A stretch of 64,000 bases of DNA from an uncultured Alphaproteobacteria bacterium (GTDB taxonomy: Bacteria > Pseudomonadota > Alphaproteobacteria > RF32 > CAG-239), in NCBI GenBank assembly GCA_949493535.1, contig CASZWJ010000002.1, positions 18,287 through 82,286 on the forward strand, given 5' to 3'. A model generated the notes under the pieces. That model saw nothing but the letters and a program-made list of their open reading frames with translations, did not search any database and was not told where the DNA came from. This document shows positions 1 to 10,542 of the stretch, piece after piece. Every line of letters starts with the position of its first letter. Positions within the stretch are counted from its first letter, which is position 1. Position numbers and translations under genes: made by a program.

Positions 1-120
1 ATAGCCGTTCATGCCGGAAACGGGTTGATTGTTGACGAAAGCGAAGTAATAAAACTTGCCAATAAAGAGGGTTTGTTTATTATAGGAATTAATCCTGCTG
101 ATTTTGCAGAAAAAAATTAA
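1..120 (+). CDS. lpxI: 3' end of UDP-2,3-diacylglucosamine diphosphatase LpxI (partial)
   Basis: Frame 1 reads IAVHAGNGLIVDESEVIKLANKEGLFIIGINPADFAEKN*, resembling the LpxI C-terminus; lies directly upstream of lpxB as usual in alphaproteobacteria. Confidence 0.75.
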   Translation: MAVHAGNGLIVDESEVIKLANKEGLFIIGINPADFAEKN

Positions 121-130
121 GGACAAACCA

Positions 131-1285
131 ATGAAGATTTATCTGATTGCCGGAGAACCGTCCGGAGATTTGCTGGGTTCCAGATTTATGCGCGCCATGC
201 GCCAAAAGGCGGACGGAAATGTTGAGTTTTTCGGCGTTGGCGGCGATACGATGGAAGCTGAAGGGCTAAAGTCCTTATTTGATATTTCCGATTTGGCGAT
301 TATGGGATTGACCGAGGTTATTCCGAGTATTCCCCGTGTTTTGAGAAGAATCAAAGAAACGGTCAAAGACATTGTCCGCGTGCAGCCTGATGTTGTGATT
401 ACGATTGACAGCTGGAGTTTTTCTTCCCGCGTGCATAAGGCTTTGCGCAAGTTGAAAACAGGGATTCCGCAAGTGCATTATGTAGCGCCTCAGGTGTGGG
501 CCTGGAAGAAAAAACGCGCGAAGACAATGTATAAATATGTTGATCATTTGTTGACGCTGTTTCCGTATGAGCCAAAATATTTTACGCCCTACCATTTGGA
601 AACGAGTTTTGTCGGGCATCCGGTTATTGAGAGCGAAGTGATTACTGCCAGCGGCGATGATTTTCGCAAAAAATATGATATTCCGGCCGATAAAAAAATA
701 ATTGCCGTTTTGCCGGGATCGCGCAAGACCGAAGTTTCAAAACTTTTGCCGGTGTTTTTGAAAACGGCAAAAGAATTGGAAGCGGCTGATGACAGTTTTT
801 ATTTTGTTATTCCGACGGTTAAAACCGTTGCTAAAAGCGTTAAAGCGGCGGTTGCCGAATCCGGACTTCCGATTTTGGTCGTGGAAACCCAAGCTGACAG
901 ATATGGCGCATTTCGGGCTTCTTCCGCGGCGATTGCCGCTTCCGGAACGGTTGCGTTGGAGTTGGCAATTTGTGATATTCCGCATATTATCGCTTATAAA
1001 GTTTCTCCTTTTTCAGCTTTTTTGGCGCGCAAATTTTTGCATATTCAATTTGTTAATTTGTCAAATATTCTGCTGGGGCGGGAGATTATTCCCGAGCTTT
1101 TGCAAGAACGTTGCGTTGAAGGTAATATCCGCAATTATATTTTAGAGTTTCTTCGTCATGAAGATTTGTATGACAAGCAAATGAACGGCTTTGCCAAAGT
1201 CCGCGAAATTTTGGGGCAGGGCGTGCAAACGCCGAGCCAAAATGCCTGTGATGTTATTTTGAAGATTATCAGAGATAAGAATTAG
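131..1285 (+). CDS. lpxB: Lipid-A-disaccharide synthase
   Basis: IAGEPSGDLLG, HYVAPQVWAW, LPGSRKTEV, ASGTVALE, PELLQ motifs; ATG at 131. Confidence 0.97.
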   Translation: MKIYLIAGEPSGDLLGSRFMRAMRQKADGNVEFFGVGGDTMEAEGLKSLFDISDLAIMGLTEVIPSIPRVLRRIKETVKDIVRVQPDVVITIDSWSFSSRVHKALRKLKTGIPQVHYVAPQVWAWKKKRAKTMYKYVDHLLTLFPYEPKYFTPYHLETSFVGHPVIESEVITASGDDFRKKYDIPADKKIIAVLPGSRKTEVSKLLPVFLKTAKELEAADDSFYFVIPTVKTVAKSVKAAVAESGLPILVVETQADRYGAFRASSAAIAASGTVALELAICDIPHIIAYKVSPFSAFLARKFLHIQFVNLSNILLGREIIPELLQERCVEGNIRNYILEFLRHEDLYDKQMNGFAKVREILGQGVQTPSQNACDVILKIIRDKN

Positions 1286-1305
1286 TTTCTTTGTATGGCA
1301 AAAAT

Positions 1306-1340
1306 AAAAAAACTGCCGGAGTAAAATCCGGCAGTTTTTT
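1306..1340. terminator. Bidirectional intrinsic terminator
   Basis: AAAAAAACTGCCGGA-gtaaaa-TCCGGCAGTTTTTT between convergent genes. Confidence 0.85.
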
Positions 1341-1385
1341 CGGCAGATAATCAGGCTTAACGGTATTAAGCCTGACGGGGTAAAA

Positions 1386-1763
1386 CTATTGTTCAATGCA
1401 TTTGCTGCACATGTAATTGTCTTCCTGAACATCAATTGGGCAATCTTTTAATTCCATATCATATCCGGGAGCGCAGCCATTGGGTTCGCATTTGTGATAT
1501 TCCCCGCAATTTGCGCTTTTGCAGGATTTCAATTCGTATCCGGCGCTGCATTCCGTTATTGTCATGCTGTATCCGGGGCATTTCTGCATGCAGCTGTTTC
1601 TGTTTTCGCCGACACCCGAAGATTCTACAGGCATTTCCGCAACGCTTCTGCTGCTACCGGACGGATCATCCCAATTATATTCGGAAAGGTGAGTTGTAGC
1701 TGCAGAGGCATTCCCTGCGGTTAAAACAGCAGCAGCGAATAATAACAATGTTTTTTTACTCAT
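1386..1763 (-). CDS. Secreted cysteine-rich hypothetical protein
   Basis: Signal peptide ending in ASA; 10 Cys in the last ~70 aa. Confidence 0.75.
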   Translation of the reverse strand: MSKKTLLLFAAAVLTAGNASAATTHLSEYNWDDPSGSSRSVAEMPVESSGVGENRNSCMQKCPGYSMTITECSAGYELKSCKSANCGEYHKCEPNGCAPGYDMELKDCPIDVQEDNYMCSKCIEQ

Positions 1764-1901
1764 GGCATAATCCTTGATATGGTTATATCCTTTTGCCAGC
1801 CTAAAGGCAAAAAGTTAAATTTTTGCAAATAAAATGAAAACAGTTGTTTTATTCGGCAGATTATTTTAATCTGAATCAAGTTTAAGCATATAGAGAGCGC
1901 T

Positions 1902-3953
1902 ATGTATTGGTTTTGGCAAAAGGTTAAAGAAAATTTTTTTGAGGAACAGCCCCGTTGGTTTTTGTGGATGCCGGTACTGTTTGGTCTGGGAATCGGAATT
2001 TATTTTTTGCTGCCGCAAGATTATTCCATTTGGTGGACTTTAGGGCTTGTTGAAACATTGGTCGTTTTAGCCATAGTTTTTCGTTTGCGGCCGGCCGTGC
2101 TTGGGGGATTAGCCGTTATTGCTCCGGTTGTTTTGGGGTTTGTCGACATTCAGCTGAAAGCAGAATATCTGAACAAGAACGAAAGGCTGCCCCGCGAAGA
2201 AGAAACCTATCTTTTCGGACGGATTGAAAAAACAGATTATAATTATCGAGGTAATCAACGTTTTATACTAAATGATACCGAGAATTTTGAAAATACGCGC
2301 AAGTTCGGAAAGGTTCGGGTCAGCAGCCGGCATAAGAACGATCAGTTGAAAGCCGGACAATGCGTGGAAATGGCCGCAAAGCTGATGCCCGTATCCAAGC
2401 CGTTCTTGCCCGGAGGCTATCAGTTTGACCGCAAGGCTTATTTCGAAGGGATCAATGCAAGCGGCTACGCTCTCAGTCAGGTTTATGAAGCCGATTGCAA
2501 AGAGAAAGCTTCTTTGAAGGCGCGTTTCGGTTTTGCCGTTGATGAGCTGCGGATGAAAATTGTTAATCACATCAAAGGGATTTTGCCGCCAGACCAAGCA
2601 TCAATTGCGGCGGCGGTCATCGCCGGCGAGCAGGGCGTTATAAATCGTAAAGTCATACAGAATTATCGGGATTCCGGATTGGCGCATTTTCTTTCCATTT
2701 CCGGTTTGCATATGAGTATGATTGCCGGCCTGATGTTTTTTCTGGTCAGGTTTGTTATGGCGTTAATTCCGCCTTTGGCTTTACGTTATGATTCTAAAAA
2801 GGCGGCGGCGGTTTTTGCTATTCTTATCAGTATTTTTTACTTATTGATTTCCGGCGCGCAATTACCGGCGCAACGGGCATTTATTATGAATTTTATCGTT
2901 GTTTTGGGGATTTTCCTCGGGCGAAGGGCAATTTCTTTGCGCACTATCGGCTGGGCTGCCCTGATAATTTTGATAATTTCGCCGCAAGCGCTAATCGGTG
3001 CCAGTTTTCAAATGTCATTCGCCGCGGTTATCGCTTTGACGGCTTTTTATGAAAAATATGCAGGAGCGCTTCAGCGCTTTTTGAACGGAAATGAAACGCA
3101 AAGTTTGTGGCTTAAAACAGTTAAGGTGATTTGGGCTTATATTATCGGTATTTTAGTTGCCGATTTTATTGCCAGTTTGGCAACTTTGCCTTTTGCTGTT
3201 TATCATTTTAACCGGATTTCCGTTTATACGACAATTACCAATTTGCTTGCCGGTCCTATCATCGGTTTGGTTATTATGCCGTTTGTTTTGATTGCGCTGC
3301 TTTTAATGCCGTTCGGGCTTGATTATTGGCCGCTGAAACTGGTTGGTTGGGGGATTGAGCTTACCAATAATATTACGGCTTATGTTTCTTCGCTGCCTTA
3401 TGCCGGTTATCAGGTGGTTTCAATGCCTTTATGGGGATTAAACCTGATTGTTTTCGGCGGACTGTGGCTGTGTTTGTGGAAACTTTCCTGGCGCAAATGG
3501 GGATTCCTGTTTGTTGTGGCCGGCGCATTAAGCGTTTTTACGGTCAAAACGCCTGATGTTATGATTGACGGCGAAGCTTCTTTGCTGGCCGTTAAAGACG
3601 AACAGAGCAGTTTGGTTATTTTGCCGGCGCGCGGCAATAACTTTACCAAACAGATGTGGCTGGAAAAGACGGCTAATGAAGTCCTCGGTGCGGCTGAGGC
3701 TGAAAAACTCAGGGAAATTTACAAGGGAAAATTAGCAGACAAAACGTGGCTTGATTTAAGCTGTGATAAAAAATCCTGTGTTTATAAAAGCCGCGTGATT
3801 TATCATAAAGGCAGAGCTTTGGTTGTTGACGGCAAACCTTTTGATGCCGAAGCGGCTGCCGGAGCATTAATCTTCTTGGATGAAGACAAGGCGGAAGCGC
3901 TGACTGTCCGTGAAGACATCGGCTTCCGCCATTGGAACAAAGATTCAATTTAG
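1902..3953 (+). CDS. comEC: ComEC/Rec2 competence protein
   Basis: GLAHFLSISGLHM, ASFQMSFAAV, PGGYQFDRKAYF; multiple TM helices. Confidence 0.93.
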   Translation: MYWFWQKVKENFFEEQPRWFLWMPVLFGLGIGIYFLLPQDYSIWWTLGLVETLVVLAIVFRLRPAVLGGLAVIAPVVLGFVDIQLKAEYLNKNERLPREEETYLFGRIEKTDYNYRGNQRFILNDTENFENTRKFGKVRVSSRHKNDQLKAGQCVEMAAKLMPVSKPFLPGGYQFDRKAYFEGINASGYALSQVYEADCKEKASLKARFGFAVDELRMKIVNHIKGILPPDQASIAAAVIAGEQGVINRKVIQNYRDSGLAHFLSISGLHMSMIAGLMFFLVRFVMALIPPLALRYDSKKAAAVFAILISIFYLLISGAQLPAQRAFIMNFIVVLGIFLGRRAISLRTIGWAALIILIISPQALIGASFQMSFAAVIALTAFYEKYAGALQRFLNGNETQSLWLKTVKVIWAYIIGILVADFIASLATLPFAVYHFNRISVYTTITNLLAGPIIGLVIMPFVLIALLLMPFGLDYWPLKLVGWGIELTNNITAYVSSLPYAGYQVVSMPLWGLNLIVFGGLWLCLWKLSWRKWGFLFVVAGALSVFTVKTPDVMIDGEASLLAVKDEQSSLVILPARGNNFTKQMWLEKTANEVLGAAEAEKLREIYKGKLADKTWLDLSCDKKSCVYKSRVIYHKGRALVVDGKPFDAEAAAGALIFLDEDKAEALTVREDIGFRHWNKDSI

Positions 3954-5536
3954 AAAATCTGCTCGCGGGTCTTCTTAAATTGTATGTCGGGGAAATCTTC
4001 CTGAGCTTTGTTTAAGTGCCAGGCGTTACGGGCAAGGAAGACATCCGCTCCGTCATGGTCGTTGGCCAGGCTGCCTTGGTTGGCATCAATGAATTTTTTG
4101 AGCTTTTGTTTGTCTTCGCTGTCAACCCAGCGGGCCGTATAGTATTGTGTTTGTTCAAACGCGACGGGAAGATTGAACTCAGAGCGGATACGGTCGGCCA
4201 TAACTTCAAACTGCAAAGCGCCGACAACTCCGACAATCCACTCGGAACCGACCACCGGTTTGAAAACGCTGGCGCCGCCTTCTTCTGCAATTTGCTGTAA
4301 TGCGGCTCCCAAATGTTTTGATTTAAGCGGGTCTAACGCGCGGACGGATTTTAACAGCTCCGGCGCAAAACTCGGAATGCCGGTGAAATGGATTTTTTCG
4401 CCTTCGGTCAGAGTGTCGCCGATACGCAATTGCCCGTGATTGGGGATACCGATGATGTCTCCGGCATAAGCGTCTTCCGCGAGTTCTCGTTCCTGAGCCA
4501 GAAACATAACCGGTGTCGGAACTTTCAGCCCTTTGCCGGTGCGGACCTGGTTTAAGGTCATGCCGCGTTTGAAATGGCCTGAGCAAATTCGCATAAAGGC
4601 AATACGGTCACGGTGCTTGGGATCCATATTGGCTTGAATTTTAAATACAAAACCGGTGACTTTGTTTTCTTCCGGCGTTACGGTGCGTTCGGCTGCCGGC
4701 TGCGGGCGCGGGGTCGGGGCGATTTTGTGCAATCCCTCCAGAATTTCGCGAACGCCGAAGTTATTGATGGCGCTGCCGAAAAAGACGGGGGTTTGAACAC
4801 CGGCCAAATAAGATTCTAAGCTGAATTCGGGACAGAGTTCTTTAACCATCATCACATCTTCGCGCAGTTTGGCAACGGCATGTGCCGGCAAAAGCTCATC
4901 AAGTTTACTGTCGTCTAAGCCTTTGCAGGTTTCAATAGTAGCGTTGATTTGTGATTTGTCTCCGGTTTTGTTCATCAAAATCAACTGGTCGTTTATTAAA
5001 TCGTAACAACCGAGAAAATCTTTGCCCATGCCGATAGGCCAGCTGGCCGGAGTAACTTCAAGCGCCAGCGTTTTTTCAATATCGTCCAGCAGGCAAAAAG
5101 GATCTTGCCCTTCGCGGTCAAGTTTATTTATAAAAGTCAAAATCGGCACATCGCGCAGGCGGCAGACTTCAAACAGCTTTTTAGTCTGAGCCTCAATACC
5201 TTTGGCAGAGTCAAGCACCATGACGGCAGAATCAACAGCAGTCAAAACACGGTAGGTGTCTTCGGAAAAGTCTTCGTGACCCGGCGTGTCAAGCAGGTTG
5301 AATGTGATGCCTTTGTATTCAAAGTTCATTACGGAAGAAGCGACGGATATGCCGCGTTCCTGTTCAACTTTCATCCAGTCTGAATGGGCGTGGCGGTTTT
5401 CGCCGCGGGCTTTTACGGCACCGGCTTGTTGAATGGCGCCGCCGAAAAGCAGCAGTTTTTCGGTTAAAGTGGTTTTACCGGCATCAGGGTGGGAAATGAT
5501 TGCAAAACATTTGCGTTTGTTTACGGTATTAGTCAT
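3950..5536 (-). CDS. prfC: Peptide chain release factor 3
   Basis: FAIISHPDAGKTT, LLDTPGHEDFSEDTYR, KIQANMDPKHRDRIAF. Confidence 0.98.
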   Translation of the reverse strand: MTNTVNKRKCFAIISHPDAGKTTLTEKLLLFGGAIQQAGAVKARGENRHAHSDWMKVEQERGISVASSVMNFEYKGITFNLLDTPGHEDFSEDTYRVLTAVDSAVMVLDSAKGIEAQTKKLFEVCRLRDVPILTFINKLDREGQDPFCLLDDIEKTLALEVTPASWPIGMGKDFLGCYDLINDQLILMNKTGDKSQINATIETCKGLDDSKLDELLPAHAVAKLREDVMMVKELCPEFSLESYLAGVQTPVFFGSAINNFGVREILEGLHKIAPTPRPQPAAERTVTPEENKVTGFVFKIQANMDPKHRDRIAFMRICSGHFKRGMTLNQVRTGKGLKVPTPVMFLAQERELAEDAYAGDIIGIPNHGQLRIGDTLTEGEKIHFTGIPSFAPELLKSVRALDPLKSKHLGAALQQIAEEGGASVFKPVVGSEWIVGVVGALQFEVMADRIRSEFNLPVAFEQTQYYTARWVDSEDKQKLKKFIDANQGSLANDHDGADVFLARNAWHLNKAQEDFPDIQFKKTREQIF

Positions 5537-5665
5537 AAATTTTTATACTCTGCTCTCAAATATTGAAAAATTAAGCTTCTTTTATCTTAATTCCTGCTTT
5601 TTGGCAAGCAAAAATAAGCAATAAAAAAGGACGGAAAACCGTCCTTCCTGTCAATGATTATACCG

Positions 5666-6949
5666 TTAAAACGGGCTGGAAACCATAGGCAGCAGCGGAG
5701 TTGCCGGAGATGTTTCTTCTGTAGCGGGCTCGGGAACAACCGGTTTTTCCGTCAGTTCAATTTGAGTTTGGATTATCTCTGTCTGGGTTCCGGCGGGAAC
5801 CGTTGCGTTTTTAGCCGGCTCTTGAACAGGTGCCGGAGCCGGTGTTGCAGCGGCTGCCGGAGCAGGGGTCGGCGCTTGGGCCGTTTTTGCCTTTTCGGCG
5901 CGGTTGATGCCGAGGTATTTTTCAATAGCCTGCTGTTCTTTGGCTTTTTCTTTGGAAGTGATTAAATTCAAATCATATAAAACTTCCAGCTTGCGCAAGT
6001 CTTTGGCTGCAGACATAATATCTTTGGCCGGCGCTTTGTTGCGCATGCGTTGTCTTGGGTTTGGCGGCAGCAGCGTTTCTATAATCAGATTGCGTTCTAC
6101 CGAAAATTCGCGCGGGGTGATTGCTCTGGCTTCAACGGCGTCTTTCAGAACCGAAATGCGTTCAATAATCAAATCCGGCGACGGGACGGATTTATCAATG
6201 CCATAAGCCGGAGCAGTGTGGGTTAAAGGCAGCAAGGCTCCGATATTGGTCATGCGGGCGTTTAAGAATTCTTCTTTGGTGACCAAATCTTTCTCAGCCA
6301 GTTCTTTCAAAATCAAGAAACGGGAAATCATGTTTTGTTCGTTATCGGAGAACAAAACTTCGGCAGATTTGATTTCTTCTTCGGTTGAGGGCTGCTCTCC
6401 CTTGGCTTTTTGTTTTTCTCTCATGAACAAAGCCTGAGCAATGGCCGATTTGCTTTGGCGCAGGCCGGCCGTTTTGCTGATATCAAAAACGTTGTTGCCT
6501 TTTTCATCTTCGACAATGAGTTTGCTCTGTTTGATGTTAATCATTCGTAAGCGCTTTTGGGCGATGTCCGACATTTTTTCGGGTTTGCCGCTTGATGAGC
6601 CGAGAATGGTTGTTTCTTTGCCGTTTAAGACAATCAAATCTTCATAGTACTGGCGGGCGCGGTTATCTCGTCCGGTTTCTTCGGAAACCATAGCGCCGAC
6701 CATTAAAGCCTGAGGCTGTTTGGGGTTCAGCTGCAAAGCCTGCGCAACATGTTCTTCCGCCTCTTTAAACTTTCCTTGAGAGTAAGCAACTGTTGCCATA
6801 TTGGCTTCTTCCGTCGCGCGGTCGCTGAACTGCCAAATGACGTTTGACGGGGCTGAACCGTCAGATGTTGCAAACTGGCTGCAAGAGCACAGTAGGCTTG
6901 CTGCCGCAGCCGTAAAGATAAAGTTCTTAGTCAGATTTCCCGAAAACAC
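5666..6949 (-). CDS. TPR-containing lipoprotein with Pro/Ala-rich tail
   Basis: Lipobox-like LLCSC; TPR-like YSQGKFKEAEEHVAQALQLNP; short repeated helical motifs (DLVTKEEF, AITPREF, LITSKEK). Confidence 0.7.
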   Translation of the reverse strand: MFSGNLTKNFIFTAAAASLLCSCSQFATSDGSAPSNVIWQFSDRATEEANMATVAYSQGKFKEAEEHVAQALQLNPKQPQALMVGAMVSEETGRDNRARQYYEDLIVLNGKETTILGSSSGKPEKMSDIAQKRLRMINIKQSKLIVEDEKGNNVFDISKTAGLRQSKSAIAQALFMREKQKAKGEQPSTEEEIKSAEVLFSDNEQNMISRFLILKELAEKDLVTKEEFLNARMTNIGALLPLTHTAPAYGIDKSVPSPDLIIERISVLKDAVEARAITPREFSVERNLIIETLLPPNPRQRMRNKAPAKDIMSAAKDLRKLEVLYDLNLITSKEKAKEQQAIEKYLGINRAEKAKTAQAPTPAPAAAATPAPAPVQEPAKNATVPAGTQTEIIQTQIELTEKPVVPEPATEETSPATPLLPMVSSPF

Positions 6950-7109
6950 AAGATTACTCCTTATGAAACGTAAGTTTTTTTGCTTCTTGCCGGTATCATA
7001 TAAAATATTAACTTATATTACAATAATTTTAATTGGCTTGTGAATTTAGTCTTGATTTATAAAAAAAAATCTGTAGTATGCAAGCAAAAGTAAATAAAAC
7101 CAAGTAGTT

Positions 7110-7194
<85 letters not shown>

Positions 7195-7246
7195 TCTTTA
7201 TATTTGAAGATGGGCAACCATTAATTAATAAATGAAGAGAAAATTC

Positions 7247-8623
7247 ATGAATGTTACAGAGTTAAAATCTGAAGGCTTGAAAAAAGTATTCAAAGTTGTT
7301 GTTCCTGCTGCCGAGTTTGGCAAAACCGTTGACGAAAAACTGAAAGGTATTGCCAAAACCGTTAAAATGCAGGGTTTCCGCGCCGGTAAAGCGCCGCTTG
7401 CCATGGTTAAGCAAAAATATGAAGCTTCCGTTAAAGGCGAAGCTTTGGAAGATTTGGTTCAGAAAACGGCTCAGCAGGTTGTTAAAGAACAGAACCTGCG
7501 TCCGGTTATGCTGCCTGACGTTAAAATTACGGCTTTCAAAGAAGGCGAAGATATTGAGTTTGAAGTCAGCGTGGAAAATATGCCTGAAATCAAATTTGAC
7601 GGCTTGAAAGATATTGCTTTGGACAAGTATATGGCAGAAGTTCCGGCAGAAGAAGTTGAGAAAGCTTTGAATTACATTGCCAACAGCCGCAAAGAGACAA
7701 ACAAGGTTGAAGACGGCCGCGTTTCTCAGAATGGCGACACAACGGTTATTGATTTTGTCGGTTCTGTTGACGGTGTTGAATTCCAGGGCGGAAAAGGCAA
7801 CAATTATCCTTTGGAACTCGGTTCCAATTCTTTCATTCCGGGTTTTGAAGACCAGTTGATCGGCAAAAAAGCCGGTGACAAGGTTGATGTTAAAGTCAAA
7901 TTCCCTGAAAATTACCATGCTAAAGATTTGGCCGGCAAAGATGCCGTTTTTGCTGTTGAAATCAAAGAACTCCGCGCTCCCAAAGCCGTTGAAATCAATG
8001 ACGAGTTTGCAAAATCTTTGGGCGAAGAAAGCTTGGATAAGCTGAAAGCTTCCATTGCAGAACGCATTAAAGCCGATTATGAAGCCGCTTCCAAGATGAA
8101 GCTGAAAAGACAATTGCTGGATATTCTTGACAAGAATTACAATTTTGAAGTTCCGCAGTCTTTGGTTGATGCAGAATACAAATCAATTGTTGACCAGTAT
8201 GAACAGGCTAAAAAATATAACCAGCTTGACGAAAGCGAAAAAGCCAAATCTGAAGAAGATTTGCTGGCTGAATACAAAGATATTGCCGTTCGCCGCGTTA
8301 AACTCGGCCTGTTGCTTTCAGAAATCGGCCAGAATGCCAAAGTTACCATTACGGCCGATGATATTAACAAAGCCATTATGAACGAAGCCCGCAAATATCC
8401 GGGGCAGGAAAAAGCCGTTTTTGATTTCTATGTCAAAAACAAACAGGCTGTTGAAAATCTGAAAGCTCCGGTTTTTGAAGAAAAAATCGTAGATTATATT
8501 CTCGGACAGGCTAAAATTAACGACAAAATCGTTTCTGTTGAAGAACTCTACAATTTTAACGAAGAAAACAAAAAAGAAGCGAAAGAAACAAAGGCTAAAA
8601 AGACTGCTAAAAAAGCTTCTTAG
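7247..8623 (+). CDS. tig: Trigger factor
   Basis: GFRAGKAP ribosome-binding motif; FKBP domain LELGSNSFIPGFEDQL; start could be 7232. Confidence 0.97.
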   Translation: MNVTELKSEGLKKVFKVVVPAAEFGKTVDEKLKGIAKTVKMQGFRAGKAPLAMVKQKYEASVKGEALEDLVQKTAQQVVKEQNLRPVMLPDVKITAFKEGEDIEFEVSVENMPEIKFDGLKDIALDKYMAEVPAEEVEKALNYIANSRKETNKVEDGRVSQNGDTTVIDFVGSVDGVEFQGGKGNNYPLELGSNSFIPGFEDQLIGKKAGDKVDVKVKFPENYHAKDLAGKDAVFAVEIKELRAPKAVEINDEFAKSLGEESLDKLKASIAERIKADYEAASKMKLKRQLLDILDKNYNFEVPQSLVDAEYKSIVDQYEQAKKYNQLDESEKAKSEEDLLAEYKDIAVRRVKLGLLLSEIGQNAKVTITADDINKAIMNEARKYPGQEKAVFDFYVKNKQAVENLKAPVFEEKIVDYILGQAKINDKIVSVEELYNFNEENKKEAKETKAKKTAKKAS

Positions 8624-8636
8624 CCATAAGTTGAAT

Positions 8637-8671
8637 AAAAAAAGCCCCGCAGAATTACGGGGCTTTTTTTT
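8637..8671 (+). terminator. Intrinsic terminator after tig
   Basis: AAAGCCCCG-cagaatta-CGGGGCTTTTTTTT. Confidence 0.85.
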
Positions 8672-8778
8672 ATGCCTATTATTAATTGAGTTTTTTTGTG
8701 TATAAAGGGCTATAAAGTTTAGACAGCCGTCAATTAGGCAATTATCTTTAAATAAATTAAAATTTTACGGGAAAAGTT

Positions 8779-10464
8779 ATGCCAAATTTGTTGAAAAATA
8801 ATTCTTTTATTTTGTTTCTGTTTTTGATTTCAGGCGGATTGATTTCTGCTTTCTTGCAATATGAAGCGGTATGGGACTTTATAAATTATCATTATTTTAA
8901 TGCCTGGGCTTTTATTAATGGCCGTGTCGGATATGATGTGCTGCTTGCCGGTCTAAACAGCTTTTTTAATCCTTTGGCAGATGTACCGCTTTATTATATG
9001 ATAGAATATCTGAATGATTATCCGCGCATTATTTATTTTATTCAGGGATTATGGTTCGGTGCTTTATGGTTTGTTTTTTATAAAATTTGTTTGATGTATT
9101 TGGATGTAACAACACTCAGAGACAAACTGGTGTTGATTCTTTGCCTGTTGATTGCTTTGAGCGGATATGCGACTTTTAAGCAAATCGGAACATCGACCAA
9201 TGAGGTTATGCTTGCGTTTTTGGTTATGTCCGGGTTATATCTGCTTTTAAAAGAACTTTTTGAAATAAAAAGCGGTAATTGGAAAACTTTTGTTTTGTCG
9301 GGTTTTCTTTTCGGTTCGGCTATGGGATTGAAACTGACGGCTTTTATTTATTGTGTTGTTATCGGTTTTTGTTTGATTGTTTTTTATAAGCAGGTTAAAT
9401 TTCCTATCAGGAATATTTTATTGTTTACATTTTCCGGTTTGATCGGCTTTTTAGTTTTTGACGGCTTTTGGTTATGGAAAATGTGGCAGATGTTTGAGAA
9501 CCCGTTTTTCCCTTTTGCCAATAGATTTTTTAAATCGAGTTGGCTGAGTGTTCATAATTTTACGGATAATAATTTTACGCCTAAAAATTGGTCTGATTTT
9601 GCTTTGTGGCCCCTGATTCAGTCTTTTTCTTTTCAGCGTGATGAAGGGAAAATGTTTGTTGCCGATATGCGCCCTGCGGTTATTTATTTTATATTTATCG
9701 GTTCAGTCTTTGTGTGGCTTGCCAAAGGAGTTAAAAATAAAAATTTTGCCATTAATCCTAAATGGGGATTTCTTATTTTATTCTTTTTGCTGACATATGT
9801 TATGTGGGCGGCGGTTTTTTCTATTGTGCGTTATTATATCGTATGGGAAATGCTGGCTGCAATTTTCATAGTTAAAGCTATATTTGGCTTTTCTCCTAAA
9901 TCGGTTATCGGCGAAGGGTTATATTATTCTTTTTTGTTGCTTTTGACATTTAGCTTGTTAAGTACGGCTTATTTTTCGGATAAATGGGGCAGACGCTATG
10001 ATTATAAAAAGATACCGACGAAGCAAGACCATTATTTTTGGGTTGATGATAATGTTTTAATACCCGATAATACGTTATTTATAATGTTTGATTTGCCTTC
10101 GTCAGCTTTGTTCGTTGAGTATTTTAAGCGTAATCCGACAATCCGAGGCATAAATGTGATGCAAGGATCTTATATTGCAGAATATGACGACGGAAGAAAG
10201 TTTGATTATTTCAATTATCATCCGAAATGGTTGGAAGAAAAAAGAAAAATAATAAACGGGCATGAGGGCATGGTCTTTTTAATTACCGTTAGAGAGAACG
10301 TTAATAACCTTGATTTCTCTAAAGAAGAGATTTTTGACAGCTATGAATGCAAGACGTTAAAAAACAATATGGTTCCTTTTGCTCAAATTTGTGTTCCCAA
10401 AAAGCTTTCGAAAGTATTGTTTAAAAAACAAGGCGATTCAGATAATGCCGAAAATATTAGGTAA
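8779..10464 (+). CDS. Polytopic GT-C-like glycosyltransferase, paralog 1
   Basis: WDFINYHYFNAWAF, IGTSTNE, GLKLT, FENPFFPFAN motifs; many TM segments plus soluble C-terminal domain. Confidence 0.72.
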   Translation: MPNLLKNNSFILFLFLISGGLISAFLQYEAVWDFINYHYFNAWAFINGRVGYDVLLAGLNSFFNPLADVPLYYMIEYLNDYPRIIYFIQGLWFGALWFVFYKICLMYLDVTTLRDKLVLILCLLIALSGYATFKQIGTSTNEVMLAFLVMSGLYLLLKELFEIKSGNWKTFVLSGFLFGSAMGLKLTAFIYCVVIGFCLIVFYKQVKFPIRNILLFTFSGLIGFLVFDGFWLWKMWQMFENPFFPFANRFFKSSWLSVHNFTDNNFTPKNWSDFALWPLIQSFSFQRDEGKMFVADMRPAVIYFIFIGSVFVWLAKGVKNKNFAINPKWGFLILFFLLTYVMWAAVFSIVRYYIVWEMLAAIFIVKAIFGFSPKSVIGEGLYYSFLLLLTFSLLSTAYFSDKWGRRYDYKKIPTKQDHYFWVDDNVLIPDNTLFIMFDLPSSALFVEYFKRNPTIRGINVMQGSYIAEYDDGRKFDYFNYHPKWLEEKRKIINGHEGMVFLITVRENVNNLDFSKEEIFDSYECKTLKNNMVPFAQICVPKKLSKVLFKKQGDSDNAENIR

Positions 10465-10542
10465 CATTGTGTAAAAAATAAACAAAATTTAGACAGTGGC
10501 GGCTAATGCTTATATTCTGTTTCTTAGATTAAGGAGCAGGGT

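Noticed and set aside
1902-3953. ComEC lacking a recognisable metallo-beta-lactamase domain
   Set aside because: Common in alphaproteobacterial ComEC, so not novel
7262-8113. 283-aa antisense ORF, and similar shadows such as 17298-17981 and 17813-18619
   Set aside because: They lie opposite tig or clpX and are explained by codon bias of highly expressed genes
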